Origin: Carcharhinus longimanus
Taxonomy: Eukaryota
DNA length: 57,315 bases
Reading direction: 5' to 3'
Assembly: GCA_030264375.1 (NCBI GenBank)
Contig: JASCQW010000032.1
Coordinates: 30,356,095 to 30,413,409 of the forward strand
Shown here: positions 51,045 to 57,315 of the stretch, piece after piece
Layout: every line of letters starts with the position of its first letter
Position numbering within the stretch: the stretch's first letter is position 1
The notes under the pieces: generated by a model
The model's database searches: none
The model's input: only the letters and a program-made list of their open reading frames with translations
What the model was told of the DNA's origin: nothing
Translations under genes and position numbers: made by a program

Positions 51045-51642
51045 AAATTTTATTTAGTCACAAGTAAGGCTTACACTAACACTGCAATGAAGTTACTGTG
51101 AAATTCCCCTAGTTGCCACACTCTGGTGCCTGTTCNNNNNNNNNNNNNNNNNNNNNNNNNNNNNNNNNNNNNNNNNNNNNNNNNNNNNNNNNNNNNNNNN
51201 NNNNNNNNNNNNNNNNNNNNNNNNNNNNNNNNNNNTAGTTGCCACACTCTGGTGCCTGTTCGGATCAATGAACCCAACCAGCATGTCTTTCAGAATGTGG
51301 GAGGAAACTGGAACACTGCAGGAAACCACACAGTAAGAAGTCTGTCAACACCAGGTTTAAGTCCAACCGATCTATTTGATAGTAAACTCGCAAGCTTTCG
51401 GGGTTTGCCCCTTCCCCGGAACCTTGCAAGTTTACTATCAAATAAATCAGTTGGACTTCAACCTGGTGTTGTCAGACTTCTTACTGTGTTTACCCCAGTC
51501 CAATGCCGGCATCTCCACAGCATGGAAACCACACAGACATGGGTAGAACATGCAAACTCTGCAGAGTCACCCAAGCCGGGAATTGAACCCATGTCCCTGG
51601 CGCTGTGAAGCAGCGGTGCTAACCAATGTGCTACCATGCCGC
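51045..51642 (-). mobile_element. tRNA SINE of the 7322-7632 family, split by a Penelope hairpin insertion and a false gap
   Basis: Head ggcggcatggtagcacattggttagcaccg...gggttcaattcc; tail ttcacagtaacttcattgcagtg...cttgtgac. Confidence 0.85.
51328..51523. mobile_element. Penelope inverted-pLTR hairpin insertion with a 13-bp flanking direct repeat
   Basis: ~75-bp inverted arms within 51328-51489; ggaaaccacacag at 51321-51333 and 51524-51536. Confidence 0.8.
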
Positions 51643-51779
51643 CCCCTTTTACCTGCATTCCATGTTTTACCCACTCATATACCATTTGCCTTGTGTATCA
51701 CTGGCTCATTACGGTCACATGTAATTCATAAGATCATGAAGAGGAACGCCATTGGATTCTTTTTATTGAATTAAATTGG

Positions 51780-52550
51780 ATGGATCCTTTTATCCTATCT
51801 TTGTAGATAGTAGAGGCCAGGGGTTTAGGAGCTGCCGTAAAAGGGTCTTGGTGACTTGCTGAGCTGTATGCTGTCTATGGTATTCAATGCAGCCACTGTA
51901 TGCTGGCTGCCCAGGAAGCAATTGTTTGAAATGGGGATGGGGCGTCAATCAAGCGGGTTGTCTTGTCCCAGATGGTGTTGAACTTCTTGAGCATTTTGGC
52001 AGCTGCAAATATCAAGGCTAGTGAAGAATATTCTACCACAATCCTAAAGTGTGCTTTGTAGATGGTAGACAGGTATTGGGGAGCCAGGAGGCGAGACACT
52101 CGCTGCAGAATTCCCAGGCTCTAACCTAATTTTACTCTGGCATTTATGGATTTATGCTGGTGGTCCAGGTGGGAACTTGCTGACAGGAATACCATTTAAT
52201 GTAAAGGGAAGCTGATTAGTCTCTCCCTCTCTTGTTGAAGATGGTCACTGTCTGGCACAACTGGTACTTGCCACTTTACAACCCAACCATGGTCTGGGCA
52301 ACCGTGAATGGAGATAAACACTGTTCAATTATCAACTAGCAGCTTTATTTCTGATCTTATGAAGAAGCGGAAGATAGCTGAGCCTAACTGTCCAGAGGAA
52401 CTCCTGCTGTAAGATCCTGGGGCTGAGAAAAGCGACTTCTAACAACCATAACCATTTTCCTTTGAGTAAGATATGACCCTAGCCACTGGTGAGCTTTTCC
52501 CCTAATTCCACTGACTTCAGTTTAATAGGGACTCTTGGTGCCACACACAA
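51780..52550 (-). mobile_element. 3' fragment of the 45775-48390 LINE family
   Basis: LSTIYKAHFRIVVEYSSLA...TRLI. Confidence 0.7.
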
Positions 52551-52584
52551 TTGGAAATTGTCAGGCCTTGCTGGAAGAGAGGTT

Positions 52585-55500
52585 GGGGCATTGTGGTATA
52601 ATCACTGAACTGGTAATCAAGAGACACAGGGTAATGCTCTGGGCAGATGGTGGAATTTTAATTCAATAAAAAAAATCTGGAATTAAAAGCTTTAATGAAG
52701 ACTATTGTCAACTGGCATAAAAACCCATCTGGTTCACTACTGTCCTCTAGGGCAGGAAAACCTGCCATCCTTATCTGATCTTGCCTACATGTGACTTCAG
52801 ATCCACAGCAATGTGGATGACTCTTAAATGCTCTCTGAAATAGCCTAAGCAACTAAGTTGTACCAAATTGCTATGAAGTCTATAAAGAGTGAAACTGGAC
52901 AGATCATTCAGCATTGTTCTGGGCACCAGAAACAATGGCAAACTCAATTCTGATAACCCTGCAGGGTCTTCTTTATTAACAACTGGGGGGGGGTGGCGGT
53001 TTGCGCCATAATTAGGAGAGCTGTCTCATGGACTAGTCTAGCCTGACACAGTCATACTGGCAGAATCATACCTTACAGACAATGCCCCAGAAACCACCAT
53101 CCATATGTCCTGTCCCACTGGCAGGACAGATACAGCAGAAGTGGCAGGCGGCACAATAGTATACAGTCAGGAGAAAGTTGCCCTGGGAGTGCTAAATATC
53201 AACTCCGGACCCCATGAAATTTCATTTCATCAGGTTAAGTCTCATGTCAAGGAAACCTCCTGCTGATTACCACATTCACCCCCACCCACTGAATCAGCAC
53301 TCCTCCATATTGAACACCACTTGAAGAAAGCACTGAGGATGGCAAGGGTGCAGAATTTACTCTGGGTGAGGAACTTCCATGTCCATCACCAAGAGTGGCT
53401 TCGTGGCACCACTACTGACCGAGCTGGTCGAGTCCTAAAGGATATAGCTGCCTGACTGGATCTGCAGAAGTTGGTGAGGAAACTAACAGGGGAGAACATA
53501 TTTGACATAATCCTCACCAACCTCCTGTCACAAATGCATCGTGACAGTATTGGTAGGAGTGACCATTGCACAGTACTTGTGGAGACAAAGTCTTGTTTTC
53601 ACACTGAGAATATCCAAGATCATGCTGTGTGGCATTACCATTGTACTGAAGATTTCGAACAGATCCAGCAACTCAAGACTGGGCAACCATGAGGCGCTGT
53701 GGGCTATCACAGTACCAGAACTACTCAATCACAATCTGTAACTTCATAACCCAGCAATTTACATAGATGATTTGGAGTTGGGGAACAAATGTGGTGTGTC
53801 AAAATTCATAGATGACACTAAGATGAGTGGCAAAGTATGCAAAGGATGCTGAAAGTCTGCAAAGGGATACAGATAGTTTAAGTGAGTGGGTGAGGGTTCT
53901 GCAAATGGACTACAATGTTGGTAAATGTGAGGTCATCCATTTTGGTAAGTATACCAGCAAAATGGGCTATTATTTAAATAGTAAAAAATTGCAACATGCT
54001 GCTGTGCAGAGAGATCTGGGTGTCCTTGTGCAGGAATCTCATGGAGTTGGTTTGCAGGTGCATCAGAATTAAGGCGGCAAATGGAATTTTGTCCTTTATT
54101 GCTAGAGGGATGGAGTTTAAAAACAGTGAGGTTATGTTGCAGCTGTATAAGGNNNNNNNNNNNNNNNNNNNNNNNNNNNNNNNNNNNNNNNNNNNNNNNN
54201 NNNNNNNNNNNNNNNNNNNNNNNNNNNNNNNNNNNNNNNNNNNNNNNNNNNNNNNNNNNNNNNNNNNNNNNNNNNNNNNNNNNNNNNNNNNNNNNNNNNN
54301 NNNNNNNNNNNNNNNNNNNNNNNNNNNNNNNNNNNNNNNNNNNNNNNNNNNNNNNNNNNNNNNNNNNNNNNNNNNNNNNNNNNNNNNNNNNNNNNNNNNN
54401 NNNNNNNNNNNNNNNNNNNNNNNNNNNNNNNNNNNNNNNNNNNNNNNNNNNNNNNNNNNNNNNNNNNNNNNNNNNNNNNNNNNNNNNNNNNNNNNNNNNN
54501 NCCCTGCCCGGTGAAGCAGTTGAGGCTACCTCATTTTAAGTCAAGGATAGATACATTTGTGAACGGTTAAGATATTAAGATAGTGGGGGGTAAGTGGATC
54601 TGAGTCCATGAGAAGATCAGCCATGATCTTATTGAATGGCGGAGCAGCCTCGAGGGGCCAGATGGCCTACTCCTGCTCCTAGTTCTTATGTCTTTATATT
54701 CCCCGACTCCAGCCTTACCACCAAGCCATGGGATCAATCCTAATTCAATGAAAGGTGCAGGAGGGAATGCCAAGAGCAGAAGCACACATACCTAAAAATG
54801 AGTTGTCGACCTGCTGATTGTACAGCAAGGACTACTTGCGTGCCAAACTACATAAGCAGCAATTTATAGACAGGGGTTAGCAATCTCACAATCAAAAGAT
54901 CAGATCTAAACTCTGCAGTCTTGCCACATATAGGTGCTGGTGGACAATTAAGCAACTCATTGCAGAAGGACGCTCCATAAATATTCCATCCTCAACGATG
55001 GGGGAGCCTAGCAGAACAGTGCACAAAATAAGGATAAGCCACAAGTGCCGAATGGATGATCCATCTCAGCTTCCTCTGAGGATCCCCAGCATCATAGATG
55101 CCAGCCTTCAGACCAGGTCAGAAGCTAGGAATCCTGTGGTGAGCAGCTCACTTCCTGACTCCTCAAAGCCTCTCCACAATCTACAAGGCACAAGTTAGGA
55201 GTGCGATAGAATACTCTTTCCTTGCCTGGGGAAGTGCCGCTCCAACAACACCAGAAGCTTGACATCATTCAGAACAAAGCGGACTGCTTGACTGGCATCC
55301 CTTCCACAAACATTCAATGCCTCCACCATCAATATACAATAGCAGCAGTGTGATCTATCTACAAGATGCACTCCAGGAATTTATCAAGGGTCTTTAGACA
55401 GCACCTTCCAAACCCATGACCACTACTATCTAGAAGGACCAGGCCAGCAAATGCATGGGACCACCAGTTCCCCTGCAAGCCACTCATCATCTTGACTTGG

Positions 55501-55665
55501 AAATTTATCGCCATCCCTTCACTGTCATTGGGTCAAATTCTGGAACTCCCTTCCTAACACCACTGTGGATGCTCTATCTACTGCTCCTGGACTGCATGGT
55601 TTAAGAAGACAGCTCACTAGCATCTTATTAAGTGCAATTAGGGATGGGTAATAAGTGCTGGCTTA
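52585..55665 (+). mobile_element. APE/RT-family LINE with a SINE-like head, RT core deleted, CR1 inserted at 53755-54692
   Basis: Head, then APE (VILAESYLTD...HVHHQEWL...DIILTN...IGRSDHCTVLV), a KPWDQ block, a jump to LSTIYKAQVRS, and tail. Confidence 0.8.
53755..54692 (+). mobile_element. 5'-truncated CR1 nested in a LINE
   Basis: YIDDL...SKFIDDTK...WVRVLQMDYNVGKCEVIHFG; host sequence resumes after the cttatgtc tail. Confidence 0.85.
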
Positions 55666-57199
55666 AACAGCAATGAATGAAGAACAAAAAACTGCCTTTG
55701 ATATAATTAAATATACTAGATGCCAAACAGATGTGACAGTTGGTTGTTTGGTACTGTAACAAAGAAATGAAAGAGTTTGCCAAGTGGGGGGGTGATGGGG
55801 GTTATACAAGGCCAAGAAGGAGGACAAGAGTTTCAAAATCAATTTGCTGATCAGCGCAGTGGTGAAAGGGAATATGACAAGATGCAGGCAATAGAATTTT
55901 GGACAAATTGCAATAAAAGAGTGGGATTTGTGAACCAGGCAAAAAGTAATCAAGTCAGAAGTGGCAATAAGGGTTTCATTGGCAACAGACGTGAAGCAGC
56001 AGAGAAAGAGATACATTAACAGCAATTAAGAGTGGGACAGGAGTACAGCAAGAAGCAGACGGACAAAGTGCAACAGATAGAAGATGAAAGCTGTGGGGGA
56101 TGGGAGAAAAAGGGAGAGAGATACACAGTTAAGGTACATGCAAGCATGTCTGCATTTTTGTCTGAGTAATGTAATTAAAAATCAAGGTTTATAATTATCT
56201 TATTACTATTTAATACACTGTGTATTCCTATTACAAAAGGGCATGTCCTCTGACTCACTACCAATAATGTTATGGGAGATGTTACTCATACAAGTAAATA
56301 TTTAACTTACCTAAGCCTCACAAGTGGGATGAGGAACAATTTCATTATAAGGGATGTCATATCCTCCAGGCAATTTTGACAAATACATTAGCTAATGTAG
56401 GATTCAGCCATATTGAATAAGAACATGTTCAATGCAGTAAGCATTGGTGAGGAGATTGCAAATGTTGAGCCATTACAATTAACCTCAGTGCCCTGGGTCA
56501 ACAGAGGTGGTGGGGGACAGCAGAAGAGAAAAACTGCTACTGATCACTGAACAGTGATTCCTAAGAGAAATTTCACATATGGATCTCAAATGAGGATGGA
56601 CTAATGGTCATCTGCGATGTTTCCCATTACCAAATCAGCTGTCAACAGGAGAAGCTAATGGAGCAAGTTACTAGAGGCAACTGATGTGAATGGATGGATG
56701 TCCCAATATGAGATAGGGTCTTCAGAAGGGTGAAGAAAACTGACGGAGGGAAAAGTTGTCACAAACAACGTTAATAAAAAATGGGATGTTGCACCAGGCA
56801 ATAAGTTTCTACACACAAGATGTTAGATTTCAAACTACAGGAGGTAACAGATAACTATCAAAGTGGAGTGGTGGAGCTAGTGGGCTTGGGTGTGAGGGGT
56901 TGTGGGGATGCCATGGATAACCTCCAGTGGGAGGTAAGCCAATTTTGCCAGAACTCAGTCAAAATTGACTACGAATATCAATTAACTTGTAAATTCTTGA
57001 TCATGATGGTGTTGCAATTTTGAGTCTGACATAAAAGCAACATGTCGTTGGAGGACATTGTCGTGGCTGTGCTAAATCAGTTAATTCTGGCATTCAACAT
57101 CCCTCATCATTGTTGCACATAATCAGCATAACCAAAAAGTTCCAGCCAAATGAGCACTGGTATTCCCCATTAACTTAGCACATATGGAAATGATTGAGC

Positions 57200-57315
57200 T
57201 GTCAATTTCCACATGGCTTGTCTTCGCAGAATATTACACATCAGATGGCAAGACAAAGTATCAGACACTGAAGTTCTCTCTAGAGCAAGTCTACCATCAG
57301 TCCACACACTGCTGA
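57200..57315 (+). mobile_element. RTE-clade LINE C-terminal fragment (runs off the window)
   Basis: NFHMACLRRILHIRWQDKVSDTEVLSRASLPSVHTLL, the typical RTE post-RT CLRxILxIxWxDxVxxxEVL motif. Confidence 0.8.

Noticed and set aside
51110-51261. 26-bp direct repeat tagttgccacactctggtgcctgttc on both sides of a 100-N gap
   Set aside because: Typical unmerged contig overlap inside a SINE; an assembly artefact rather than a biological repeat
56305-56395. Minus-strand AG|GTAAGT donor preceded by QNCLEDMTSLIMKLF, faintly like the PMS1 HMG-box exon end and phase-compatible
   Set aside because: In-frame TAA just upstream, no WxxLSEEEK motif and no long ORF

Overview
Vertebrate genomic DNA, almost certainly from a shark (inferred from the repeat families), with several N gaps. 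The only host gene I can support is the 3' part of the MutL-family mismatch-repair gene PMS1 on the minus strand: four coding exons (24130-24606, 23419-23549, 20703-20863, 18195-18359) with canonical GT-AG sites, consistent phases and the stop codon. The large preceding exon is not in the window, so 24607-57315 appears to be one intron of more than 32 kb. The rest is dense, nested, decayed transposon DNA: CR1 and L2 LINEs, a tRNA-headed APE/RT LINE family, an RTE fragment, Penelope pieces (one with a minimal hammerhead ribozyme, one forming a long hairpin), Harbinger transposase/Myb relics and MITEs, and tRNA- and Deu-type SINEs. Most interesting: (1) a ~200-nt polyadenylated element built on U2 snRNA with a duplicated hairpin module around the branch-point region (49196-49399); (2) an unassigned decayed coding relic at ~8190-9590, split by retroposon insertions; (3) LINE copies whose 5' end is a tRNA-SINE-like head. 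Repeat boundaries and family names come from recalled motifs and are approximate.
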